NCBI GenBank assembly: GCA_022571255.1
Contig: JACZYD010000001.1
Span: 3,892 to 67,891, forward strand
Direction: 5' to 3'
DNA: 64,000 nucleotides
From: Bacteroidota bacterium
GTDB taxonomy: Bacteria; Bacteroidota; Rhodothermia; Rhodothermales; UBA10348
This document shows, one piece after another, positions 29,682 to 38,620 of this stretch. Position 1 is the first letter of the stretch. The number at the start of each line of letters is the position of its first letter. The notes under the pieces were generated by a model. The model was not told the origin of the DNA and did not search any database. It worked only from the letters and a program-made list of their open reading frames with translations. A program made the position numbers and the translations under genes.

Positions 29682-31160
29682 ATGTTACACCTTTCACAAC
29701 GGCAATCGCTGCAGCAAAAGCTGTCACCGCAACAGATTCAGTACATCAAACTGTTGCAGTTGCCGGCCCTTGCCCTCGAGCAGCGCATCAAGGCTGAAAT
29801 GGAAATCAATCCGATGCTGGAAGAAGGCCTGGATGAACTCGACGAAAAGTTGACGGCGGAGACCGCGGACGACACCCGGGAAGAGACGAAAGAGGGTGAA
29901 GAGAAGGATTCGAAAGAAGAAGAATACAATTGGAGCGAGCTGCTGGATAACGGCGACGATTTATATGGATACAAGGCTCGTGTGGATCGCAGCGCCGAGG
30001 AAGATCGCCAGGAATATGTACAGCCGGCATTGGACTCTGTGCTTGAGTCCATCCGCAAACAACTTGCCTTTCTGGAGCTGACTGACAACGAGGAACTGGT
30101 CGCGGATCAGATTATTGGCTCGATCGATGACGACGGTTATTTGCGTCGACCGCTGGAGTCCATAATCGACGACTTGGCCTTTAATCACGGTGTGTTGCTG
30201 AGCGAATCAGACATCGAAAGTGTGTTATACCGTGTTCAACGGCTTGATCCCGTGGGCGTGGCATCGCGTGATCTGCAGGAATGTCTGCTCGTACAGCTCG
30301 ATATGCTTTCTGCGGAAACCGCTGGGCGCGATACGGCAGTCGAAATGCTCCACCGCGCTTACAAGGAGTTCACGATGAAGCATTATGAGGCAATCATGCG
30401 TCGGCTGCACATCGACGGGGAGCAGCTGAAGGAGGTGTATGAACTCATTCAGCGCCTCGATCCGAAGCCGGGAGAGGGGGCATTTTCGGCATCATCGAAT
30501 TACGTCACGCCGGATTTTACGGTGCGGAATGACGACGATGGCTTCATCATCTATCTGAATAGCGCCAATGCACCCGAGCTTCGTGTATCGAAATCGTACC
30601 GGGAGATGCTCGAGAAAATCGTGGCGGAGAAAGACAAGGCAAAATCATCGTATGAGGCGGAAACCAAACAATTCCTGAAGTCCAAGTTTGAATCTGCCAG
30701 GTGGTTCATCCATTCCATTCAGCAGCGCCAGCAGACCATGACGCTCGTAATGCACGAAATCGTTCATCAGCAGGAAGACTTTTTCAAACTGGGAGAAGGA
30801 CACCTGAAGCCGATGATCCTCAAGGATATTGCAGAAGTGATCCGTATGGACATCTCGACGATCAGTCGAGTGGTTAACGGTAAATACGTACAGACGGATT
30901 TTGGGGTCTACGAGTTGAAGTATTTCTTCTCGGAAGGTCTCGCGACCGACGATGGTACGGAAGTGTCCAATAAAGAAGTCAAAGCCATCATCTATGGAAT
31001 CATCGTCGAAGAGGACAAGAAGAAGCCACTTTCCGATCAGAAAATTGCTACCATACTGTCGGACAGAGGATTTCATATCGCCCGGCGCACCGTGACAAAA
31101 TATCGCGAGCAAATGGGAACGCCGGTAGCGCGTCTGCGCAAGGAAATCGTCGTTTCCTGA
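29682..31160 (+). CDS. rpoN: RNA polymerase sigma-54 factor
   Basis: N-terminal glutamine/leucine-rich region I (LSQRQSLQQKLSPQQIQYIKLLQL), an acidic region II, the C-terminal HTH, and the RpoN box ARRTVTKYRE. Confidence 0.9.
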   Translation: MLHLSQRQSLQQKLSPQQIQYIKLLQLPALALEQRIKAEMEINPMLEEGLDELDEKLTAETADDTREETKEGEEKDSKEEEYNWSELLDNGDDLYGYKARVDRSAEEDRQEYVQPALDSVLESIRKQLAFLELTDNEELVADQIIGSIDDDGYLRRPLESIIDDLAFNHGVLLSESDIESVLYRVQRLDPVGVASRDLQECLLVQLDMLSAETAGRDTAVEMLHRAYKEFTMKHYEAIMRRLHIDGEQLKEVYELIQRLDPKPGEGAFSASSNYVTPDFTVRNDDDGFIIYLNSANAPELRVSKSYREMLEKIVAEKDKAKSSYEAETKQFLKSKFESARWFIHSIQQRQQTMTLVMHEIVHQQEDFFKLGEGHLKPMILKDIAEVIRMDISTISRVVNGKYVQTDFGVYELKYFFSEGLATDDGTEVSNKEVKAIIYGIIVEEDKKKPLSDQKIATILSDRGFHIARRTVTKYREQMGTPVARLRKEIVVS

Positions 31161-31528
31161 CACAAAAGCGCCCCATTGCTGTGAGACCGATGGCTCTGTA
31201 CACGTGCGGTCGACCTGAGTGTCCTCTGCAAAGTGCGCTTTTTTCCTTTTGCAGAAACGGGCAAGGAAGAATGATCGGTACTCAGGGGAAAAAATTCCCC
31301 CCGGCACTGAACAGACCCTGAGGACCGTTTTTCAGAAAACGGCAGAACAGGGAGAGAACCTTTTTTATTTACTTGATCCTTTTAAAAAACAATAGCTTAC
31401 GTGAGTAATGGTGTATGCCGTTATCGCTGTTTTCGTGCCTGTGGACGCTAAATATTCATTTTTATCAATCGCGTAATCAGAGGTTATGAGATGCAGTTCT
31501 GATGGGTCAAAGAAAAAAGGCCTGGTAT

Positions 31529-31555
31529 TTGCAACTGCCCTGACTCAGGTTGCAA
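31529..31555. promoter_or_regulatory. 7-bp perfect inverted repeat (TTGCAAC N13 GTTGCAA) upstream of a small ORF
   Basis: Read directly: TTGCAAC at 31529-31535 and GTTGCAA at 31549-31555, 45-70 nt upstream of the ATG at 31600. It could be an operator or an RNA hairpin. Confidence 0.3.
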
Positions 31556-31599
31556 CCAGTACGATCAAACCACTTTAACCTGGAAGGGTCCAGATCAAC

Positions 31600-31860
31600 A
31601 TGCAGACAATTTCATTAGTCCCGCGTCAAACCGCATTCTCCGTACTTTTTTCCCGTTATATCAACGGTGATATTACCGAGCGCGTCTGGAAAAGAATGAT
31701 GCGGACTTTCGACCACGAAGGAATAACAGCAACCGAACGCATGGCCTTCGCACGTTTTATGACCGAAGTCATTGATGACGAAAAAGATGGTCGTTTGAAC
31801 GTGCCTGCTCCGGAAGAAATGTCAGAGATATTGACGGACATGCGTAGCACAAGACATTGA
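31600..31860 (+). CDS. Hypothetical small protein (86 aa)
   Basis: This is the only plausible ORF in the 1.6 kb island. The composition is helical and charged (ERVWKRMMRTFDHEGITATERMAFARFMTEVIDDEKDG). No family recognised. Confidence 0.35.
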   Translation: MQTISLVPRQTAFSVLFSRYINGDITERVWKRMMRTFDHEGITATERMAFARFMTEVIDDEKDGRLNVPAPEEMSEILTDMRSTRH

Positions 31861-32145
31861 ACTCGCAGCCCTGAATCCGAGACTCTGAACAATCGAATTT
31901 CAATAATCGAATCTGTACGTCTGAAGATGTAAAGCTACCTCCCATAAGCTTCTGTGACCCGAATTCGGTGGGGGTTCCGGTCACGATCTTCGACCTGGCG
32001 CTGGATGTGGTACCACACGTCCAGCGTTCTTTTTTGTTTGCTTCCCATCAATCATTCCTTGAGAGCATTCCTGTCTGAACAGTGACGCTGAAACCCGATC
32101 ATCATACATTGTACGCAATGCATCGGTCATACATTCGCGATCGCA

Positions 32146-32170
32146 GGGTGTGCAGCGACGCTTCACACCC
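32146..32170. promoter_or_regulatory. 25-bp near-perfect dyad (possible activator/UAS site)
   Basis: GGGTGTGCAGCGACGCTTCACACCC: 11 of 12 arm positions are self-complementary around a central A. Its centre lies about 78 bp upstream of the GG of the sigma-54-type -24 element. Confidence 0.35.
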
Positions 32171-32233
32171 TTGAAATATGGAAGACAGACGGCTTCGAAA
32201 CTGTGGTTCCTGAGGTTTCAGAGCACCGCAAGA

Positions 32234-32249
32234 TGGCACATGGTATGCT
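32234..32249 (+). promoter_or_regulatory. Candidate sigma-54 (-24/-12) promoter
   Basis: TGGCACatggtATGCTt. The GG (32235-32236) and GC (32247-32248) have the canonical spacing of TGGCAC-N5-TTGC. The only mismatch is A for T at -15. It lies in non-coding DNA downstream of rpoN. Confidence 0.45.
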
Positions 32250-32767
32250 TTTGGCGACTGTGTCTGCATATACATAGCTTCTGGACTCATCCAGCTGCCA
32301 TTTCATCCTGAAAATTCTCTTTAAAAGGGGTTCCCGGACCCGTAAAACCGGTAATCCGGTTTCTGTTATCGATAAATAGCCGGGGCGAAACAGAATATTC
32401 GCATACTCTCTTAGAAGGAAGAGAAAAGGGCAATAGGGTGTGAAGTGTGGTTGCACAGGCTCGGCGGGAGTAGAAGCCCCTTTTTCGACCCCATAGACAT
32501 ATTGGTGCGCAAGTACTTAGATATACTTTGTCCATGCAGCCGGAAATATTTTCATTTTTTTGATTATTTCGTTGTAAAACGGAAGCGGTAAACCCGTCAC
32601 CCAAAAAATTGTCGTCCTGCACTGACCAGCAGTACATTCTGTTTTTTATTACACGATTGAACAATGGACGGAGATATTCGAGCTCGAAACTTATTGCACT
32701 TCAGCAAGGAGAAGGCCGAGGATCTTGTAAGACAAATCCTGCCAAGAAACTGATAAATCCAGTACTG

Positions 32768-33799
32768 ATGTCATCTGAGTCATTACCTGAGTCTGTCGAG
32801 ATCTGCGAAGTCGGTCCGCGAGACGGTTTTCAGTTCGAATCGGAACCGATTCCTACCGAGCTTAAACTCGAGGTTATCCGCGGACTGGTGGCTGCCGGTG
32901 TGTCGCGAATCCAAGTGACCTCGTTTGTGCATCCGGGCAAGGTACCGCAGATGTCCGATGCCGAAGAAGTGGTAGACGCACTTCTGGCGGACGCACGGCC
33001 GATAGATGTACCACCGACGGACGCACTGCCGACGGACGCACTGCCGGCGGAAGCACTTCTGGTGGACAAACTGCCGGCGAAAGCACTTCTGGTGGACAAA
33101 CTGCCGGCGAAAGCTGATCTGGCAGCTTCGACAATTTTCACGGGGTTGTGCTTGAATATGCGCGGCATTCAGCGTGCGGCTGATTCCGGCCTTCGCTGCG
33201 TCGACATCTCGATTGCGACCAACGAACGGCACGGCGAAGACAATGCAGGTATGACGATAGAGGCGGGCGTTGAGCAGGCCGAAAAAATGATCAGCGAAGC
33301 CACTCGATTGGGGCTGCGGACGCAGCTGGGACTTCAAACAGTATTTGGTTATAAAAATCCTGGAGATACACCGCTGGATCTGGTGATCGCACTCTGTAAA
33401 CGATTCGCCGAGATGCCGATCGAATCACTCTCCCTGGCCGACTCAACCGGTCTCGCGAACCCTGAAATGATGAAAGAGAGACTGGGAGCGATACGGGGGG
33501 TTACAGGTGATGTACCGATTGTTCTTCATCTGCATGATACTCGAGGGTTGGGTCTCGTGAACCTGATGGCAGCTCTTGAAACGGGAGTAAACCGATTTGA
33601 TACGTCGTTGGGCGGGCTCGGCGGATGCCCGTTCATCCCGGGCGCAACCGGCAATATTGCAACCGAGGAGGTGGTATATCTCTGCGATGGGCTGGGTATC
33701 GAGACAGGAATTGACGTGGCTGCCGTGGCCCGTCAGAGTCGCCGAATGGCTGAGTTTCTGGGACGGTCGTTGTCGGGAAAACTGTACAGATTATTGTAA
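32768..33799 (+). CDS. Hydroxymethylglutaryl-CoA lyase-like (HMGL family) protein
   Basis: EICEVGPRDGFQFE...QVTSFVHPGKVPQM..., HLHDTRGLGLVN and GGLGGCPF motifs of the HMGL/DRE-TIM family. I prefer the ATG at 32768 to the ORF-track start at 32609. Confidence 0.85.
   Translation: MSSESLPESVEICEVGPRDGFQFESEPIPTELKLEVIRGLVAAGVSRIQVTSFVHPGKVPQMSDAEEVVDALLADARPIDVPPTDALPTDALPAEALLVDKLPAKALLVDKLPAKADLAASTIFTGLCLNMRGIQRAADSGLRCVDISIATNERHGEDNAGMTIEAGVEQAEKMISEATRLGLRTQLGLQTVFGYKNPGDTPLDLVIALCKRFAEMPIESLSLADSTGLANPEMMKERLGAIRGVTGDVPIVLHLHDTRGLGLVNLMAALETGVNRFDTSLGGLGGCPFIPGATGNIATEEVVYLCDGLGIETGIDVAAVARQSRRMAEFLGRSLSGKLYRLL
33014..33121. repeat. In-frame tandem repeats (2 x 15 bp, then 2.6 x 30 bp) inside the HMGL-like gene
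   Basis: CCGACGGACGCACTG occurs twice (33014-33043). CCGGCGRAAGCACTTCTGGTGGACAAACTG occurs twice (33044-33103), followed by a partial third copy. Together they encode PTDAL PTDAL PAEALLVDKL PAKALLVDKL PAKADL. Confidence 0.9.
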
Positions 33800-33838
33800 A
33801 GAGACCGCGGGCAACAATCTGGGAAGTGTTAACTGGTG

Positions 33839-36730
33839 CTAACTGTCTACCTGCTCTTCCGTATACGCCTCGATCGGAGGGCAGGCACAGATCAGATTCC
33901 GATCGCCGATAGCATCATTGATCCGTCTGCAGGCCGGCCAGAATTTGAACTCGCGAGTCCATGGTGCGGGGTAAGCCGCTTTTTCACGGTCATATTTTGC
34001 GTCCCAGTCCGATTTCATTAACATTTGTGCCGTGTGCGGAGCGTTGGCCAGCACGCTTTCGCTTGCTTCAACCTGTCCCAGTTCGACTTCTCGAATCTCC
34101 GCCCGAATCGAAATCATCGCATCGCAGAAGCGGTCGAGTTCGGATTTCGCTTCGCTCTCTGTGGGTTCAATCATCATGGTTCCCAGGACCGGAAATGACA
34201 TCGTTGGAGCGTGGAATCCGTAGTCCATAAGACGTTTGGCTACATCAACTTCAGTCAGCGACGTATGCTGTCTCAGGTGGCGCAGATCCAGTATGAATTC
34301 GTGGGCAACCCGGCCGTTGGCACCGGTGTATAAAATGTCATAATGCTCCGAGAGGCGGGACGCCATATAGTTGGCATTCAGGATCGCAACCTCTGTAGAA
34401 CGTCTCAGACCCGGCTCTCCCAACATCGCGATGTAGGCCCATGAAATCGGCAGCACGCTGGGGCTGCCGTACGGCGCAGCGGCCACCGGTCCGATCGCAT
34501 TCGGGCTCTCGGTGACCGGGATTACCGGATGACCGGGAAGGAATTTTGCGAGGTGCGCGGCCACACAGATGGGTCCGACGCCGGGGCCGCCTCCACCGTG
34601 AGGAATCGCGAATGTCTTATGCAGATTCAGGTGGCATACATCTGCTCCCATGTCGCCCGGGCGGCAAAGGCCTGCCTGTGCATTCATGTTTGCACCATCC
34701 ATGTAAACCTGCCCGCCGTAGTTGTGGATGATCTCGCAGATCTTACGGATACCTTTTTCAAACACGCCGTGTGTCGAAGGATACGTCACCATGAAAGCAG
34801 CGAGGTCGTCGGCATGTTCTCGCGCCTTCGTCTGCAGGTCGTCCACATCGATGTTTCCGTTTTCATCACACGCAACCACGACCACTTTCATTCCCGCCAT
34901 GACCGCGCTGGCCGGATTCGTGCCGTGCGCGGAGGATGGAATCAAACAGATGTTACGCTTTGCTTCACCGACGCTCTTATGGTAGGCGCGAATCACAAGT
35001 AGTCCTGTGAATTCACCCGAGGCGCCGCTGTTGGGTTGTAACGACGTGGCTGCGAAACCCGTGATTTCTGCAAGCCAATTCCCGAGTTCACCCATTAATT
35101 CGAGGTATCCCTCGACCTGGTCAAGGGGAACAAAAGGATGGACCTGGTTGAATTCCGGCCGGGTAATCGGAAACAATTCGGCAGCGGCGTTCAATTTCAT
35201 GGTGCACGATCCGAGGGGAATCATGCTTGTGGTGAGTGACAGGTCCCTGGAGGCCAGGTGAAACATATACCGGGTTAATTCCACCTCGGAATGATAACGA
35301 TTGAAAACCGGGTGTTCCATGAAAGAAGACGTACGCACGAATGCACCATGGTAGCCGATTTCTTCGGCAGCGATCGCCCCGTCGGCATCAACCGAATTGC
35401 CCGTTACCGTTTCAAAGAGGTTCACCAGCGCGTGGAATTCTTTTTCAGCAATCGCCTCATCAAGGGAAATACCTACCGCGCCGTTCTCAAAATAACGAAG
35501 GTTGATTTTGCGCGAGAGTGCCTCAGAACGAATCTGTGTCTGCTGTTGCTGCGAAGTCGTCAGGTGTAACGTGTCGAAGAACGCCCCACTCTGAATCGGT
35601 AAACCGAGATCACGCATCACACTTGCGAGGGCCCGGGTGAAGCCATGAATACGTCCGGCAATCGCACGAACTCCGTCCGGTCCGTGATACACAGCGTACA
35701 TGGACGCCATCACGGCGAGTAGAACCTGTGACGTACAGATGTTCGACGTTGCTTTATCGCGACGGATATGCTGTTCTCTTGTTTGAAGGGCCATTCGCAT
35801 GGCCCGTCTGCCGTCGGCGTCTTCCGAAACACCTATAATCCGACCCGGAGTCTGTCTTTTATATTTTTCTTTCGTCGCAAAATATGCCGCGTGGGGCCCG
35901 CCGTAACCTATTGGAACACCGAAACGTTGTGTGGATCCGACCGTCACGTCTGCGCCAAATTCACCCGGAGGCCGAAGCAATGCGAGGCTCATAATGTCTG
36001 CAGCGACGACGACAAAAGCGCCCGTGGCGTGCGCCTCGTCGCACAGGGGTGCAAAGTCATGGATGATTCCGTCCGTGGCCGGGTACTGCACGAGGGCGCC
36101 AAAAACGGTATCGTCGAACGAAAACGACGTGTGATCAAGGACCTCGACGCGGATTCCCACTGGTTCCGCGCGGGTGCGGACCACTTCGATCGTTTGAGGA
36201 TGGCATGTGTCTGAAATCAGAAAACGGTTTCGGGTTTTGCCTTTTGCCACGCGGTAAAGCATCATCATGGCCTCGGCAGCGGCCGTGGCCTCGTCCAGTA
36301 GAGAGGCGTTGGCGATTTCCATTCCGGTCAGATCGATGACCATGGTCTGGAAGTTCAGCAACGCTTCGAGCCGACCCTGCGAAATTTCTGCCTGATACGG
36401 TGTGTACTGGGTATACCAGGATGGATTCTCCAGAATGCCGCGCTGTATGACCGGCGGAGTCACCGTCGCATGGTAACCCATCCCGATGAAAGAGCGAAAA
36501 ACGTGATTTCGGGAGGCGATTTCCCCGGCGCGCGCAAGCAGCTCAGACTCGGTAAACGGGTCGCGCAGTTGCAGACGGCCGTCCATCCGGATGGCGTCCG
36601 GCACGGTTTCTGAAATCAACTGGTCCAGCGACTGCAAACCGAGGTGCTGGAGCATCTCTGCAATTTCCTGCTCAGACGGACCGACGTGGCGGTCCCGAAA
36701 CACATCTGTGGATGACAGGCTTTTTACCAT
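33839..36730 (-). CDS. gcvP: Glycine dehydrogenase (decarboxylating), single-chain P protein
   Basis: 963 aa with N-terminal [12 protein letters not shown]..., and the PLP site [16 protein letters not shown]. Confidence 0.95.
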   Translation of the reverse strand: MVKSLSSTDVFRDRHVGPSEQEIAEMLQHLGLQSLDQLISETVPDAIRMDGRLQLRDPFTESELLARAGEIASRNHVFRSFIGMGYHATVTPPVIQRGILENPSWYTQYTPYQAEISQGRLEALLNFQTMVIDLTGMEIANASLLDEATAAAEAMMMLYRVAKGKTRNRFLISDTCHPQTIEVVRTRAEPVGIRVEVLDHTSFSFDDTVFGALVQYPATDGIIHDFAPLCDEAHATGAFVVVAADIMSLALLRPPGEFGADVTVGSTQRFGVPIGYGGPHAAYFATKEKYKRQTPGRIIGVSEDADGRRAMRMALQTREQHIRRDKATSNICTSQVLLAVMASMYAVYHGPDGVRAIAGRIHGFTRALASVMRDLGLPIQSGAFFDTLHLTTSQQQQTQIRSEALSRKINLRYFENGAVGISLDEAIAEKEFHALVNLFETVTGNSVDADGAIAAEEIGYHGAFVRTSSFMEHPVFNRYHSEVELTRYMFHLASRDLSLTTSMIPLGSCTMKLNAAAELFPITRPEFNQVHPFVPLDQVEGYLELMGELGNWLAEITGFAATSLQPNSGASGEFTGLLVIRAYHKSVGEAKRNICLIPSSAHGTNPASAVMAGMKVVVVACDENGNIDVDDLQTKAREHADDLAAFMVTYPSTHGVFEKGIRKICEIIHNYGGQVYMDGANMNAQAGLCRPGDMGADVCHLNLHKTFAIPHGGGGPGVGPICVAAHLAKFLPGHPVIPVTESPNAIGPVAAAPYGSPSVLPISWAYIAMLGEPGLRRSTEVAILNANYMASRLSEHYDILYTGANGRVAHEFILDLRHLRQHTSLTEVDVAKRLMDYGFHAPTMSFPVLGTMMIEPTESEAKSELDRFCDAMISIRAEIREVELGQVEASESVLANAPHTAQMLMKSDWDAKYDREKAAYPAPWTREFKFWPACRRINDAIGDRNLICACPPIEAYTEEQVDS

Positions 36731-36835
36731 AAAGCGTCGCGGGCATAACTTTGCTCAGAATGAAATCGGGACATGAACGCCCGGAGAGCAAAAAGGTACT
36801 CCGAGTTCTTTCAATTTTGATAGAAGACAGTCCGT

Positions 36836-37597
36836 TCAGCCGTCTTCTTCGGCAATGATCAACAGTGCCGCCTGAGCGGCTGCCTGTTCGGCCTTTTTCT
36901 TGTTTTTGGCCGTTCCCTCTCCCAATGGGCGATTCTGCACAACGACCTCTACGGTAAAGGTTCGATTGTGACTCGGTCCTTCCTCATTCGTAACCCGGTA
37001 ACAGGGCTGTGGCCACTTTCGCGACTGAGCAAGTTCCAGAAGCAAACTTTTGTAATTGTCTTTTTGCCTGGAGAGCTGCAGGAGATCTACATCCTTCAAG
37101 ACAGTCCGCTCCACAAAACGAATTGCTTCCCGAAAGCCGATATCGAGATAAATTGCTCCTATGACTGCTTCGAAAGCATCGGAAAGAATACTTCGACTGC
37201 TGCGACCGTCCGACGATTCCATGATTTCACTCATCAGGATCAAATCTCCCAGGCCCAGTTCCAGGGCATCCCGTGCCAGAGATTGACCATTGACAAGTTT
37301 CGCCCGCAGTCGTGTCAGAAACCCTTCATCCTGATTCGGAAAGTGCCTGAAAAGATGATCGGCTACAACCAGGCCCAGAACCGCATCGCCCAGGAATTCC
37401 AGCCGTTCATTTGAAAGTGTGTGCGGCTCGGCGACTCCCCGGAGCAACGACCGATGCGTGAGGGCACGTTCGTAAAGAACGAGATTGTTTACCTGAATTT
37501 GAAGTAACGATTCTACCGCGCCTCGGTCAATTTGCGACGATGTGCCGGGAGAAACGGGGGATTTTTCTCGGACAAAGAGTCGACGAAGGAAAGACAT
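36836..37597 (-). CDS. rnc: Ribonuclease III
   Basis: RNase III signature ERLEFLGDAVLG and a C-terminal dsRBD (KKKAEQAAAQAAL). Confidence 0.9.
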   Translation of the reverse strand: MSFLRRLFVREKSPVSPGTSSQIDRGAVESLLQIQVNNLVLYERALTHRSLLRGVAEPHTLSNERLEFLGDAVLGLVVADHLFRHFPNQDEGFLTRLRAKLVNGQSLARDALELGLGDLILMSEIMESSDGRSSRSILSDAFEAVIGAIYLDIGFREAIRFVERTVLKDVDLLQLSRQKDNYKSLLLELAQSRKWPQPCYRVTNEEGPSHNRTFTVEVVVQNRPLGEGTAKNKKKAEQAAAQAALLIIAEEDG

Positions 37598-37683
37598 GCT
37601 CCGGGCGGGTCTGATTCAGATTAAGGGTTTAAGATAAGTAAAGTCGCAGTTGTTCAAGGTAAGGCGTGCCGCCGCAGGCGCCT

Positions 37684-38616
37684 TCAGCGCAGTACATCAT
37701 AGATATTAGCGGCAATCTGTGCGATGAGTCTGGACGACTCTTCGCGATTTTCCAGCCCTTCCGTCATGATTACCATCGTGAATGATTCGCCCCGGGGCGG
37801 ATACACGATTGCGGCGTCGTGATGAATCCGGGTAATGCTGCCTGTTTTATGGGCCACTCGAACGCCATCCGGCAGGCCAGACGCGATCATCGAGTTGAAC
37901 TGCTGATCGAGCAGCATATTGACCATCTCGGCATCCGCCTCCTCCGAGACGGCCGTTCCGGTTCTCAGCGCTTCCATCAATGTGGCCAGATCCCGGGAAG
38001 TCATTTGATTACTCAAACCCTGCTCAAAGGCCAGAATATCTTCAACGCCGCGTAATGTTGTGGAACGTATCGTTCCGAGTCGCTCGCTCGTAGCCTGCAC
38101 GGAGTCGGCCGACACAAAATCGATGAGAATATTCGTCGCCAGATTGGAAGACACTGTAATCATCCGGTAAGCCAACTCCCGGAGCGACATATCACCGCCC
38201 AGTCGCTTGTAGATCGCATCGTCGCTGTCATCTTCGATGGCGTATAACGAACCATCTACGATCGATTTGAATTCGTTTCTTACCAGAAGCGAATCATCAA
38301 GGGAAAATCGTCCAAGCGAAGCCTGTCTGAACAGTTCAATCAGCACCGGCACCTTCATCGTGCTTGCCGCGTGAAAAAGGCGCGATCCGTTTCCGTGCAG
38401 AACGAGATCATTGGAAGGATCAATTACGGAGACGGCTACCTCTACATCGCCGTAGAGTTCGAAAACGGCATCCAGCCGTTCGGCCAGCTGCTCGGCCAGT
38501 TCGTCGCCTGAAGCCCGGTCGGGCTCAGAATCCGCACACCCTGATGTGAAAACGATATTTACGGCCAGGAACATGGTTATCGAGATTGAGGATAGACAGC
38601 GGTTTCGGACAGGCAT
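37684..38616 (-). CDS. Class A beta-lactamase-like serine hydrolase lipoprotein
   Basis: Signal peptide with the lipobox TSGC after the ATG at 38616. SxxK motif ASTMK and the KTG motif (HKTGS). It starts 4 nt after the GH3 stop. Confidence 0.7.
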   Translation of the reverse strand: MPVRNRCLSSISITMFLAVNIVFTSGCADSEPDRASGDELAEQLAERLDAVFELYGDVEVAVSVIDPSNDLVLHGNGSRLFHAASTMKVPVLIELFRQASLGRFSLDDSLLVRNEFKSIVDGSLYAIEDDSDDAIYKRLGGDMSLRELAYRMITVSSNLATNILIDFVSADSVQATSERLGTIRSTTLRGVEDILAFEQGLSNQMTSRDLATLMEALRTGTAVSEEADAEMVNMLLDQQFNSMIASGLPDGVRVAHKTGSITRIHHDAAIVYPPRGESFTMVIMTEGLENREESSRLIAQIAANIYDVLR

Positions 38617-38620
38617 GATA

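Noticed and set aside
31523-31540. Sigma-54-like TGGTATTTGCAACTGC upstream of the small ORF.
   Set aside because: The GG to GC spacing is one nt too long for the distal GC and far too short for the proximal GC, and the -24 element is TGGTAT. The TTGCAAC is better explained as one arm of the inverted repeat.
31981-32664. Frame-shifted minus-strand ORFs as a decayed TnpB-like or Zn-ribbon gene (C-x2-C in KRRCTPCDREC, SIPCAILRC).
   Set aside because: The resemblance to the TnpB zinc finger and DRD-NAA motif is only superficial. No RuvC-like motifs, no IS ends and no consistent frame. I treat the region as non-coding, but tblastx could revisit this.
36731-36835. Glycine riboswitch upstream of gcvP.
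   Set aside because: The 105-nt leader lacks the conserved GGAGAG...CACCG...GGGGCAA-type cores on the coding strand and is too short for a tandem aptamer.
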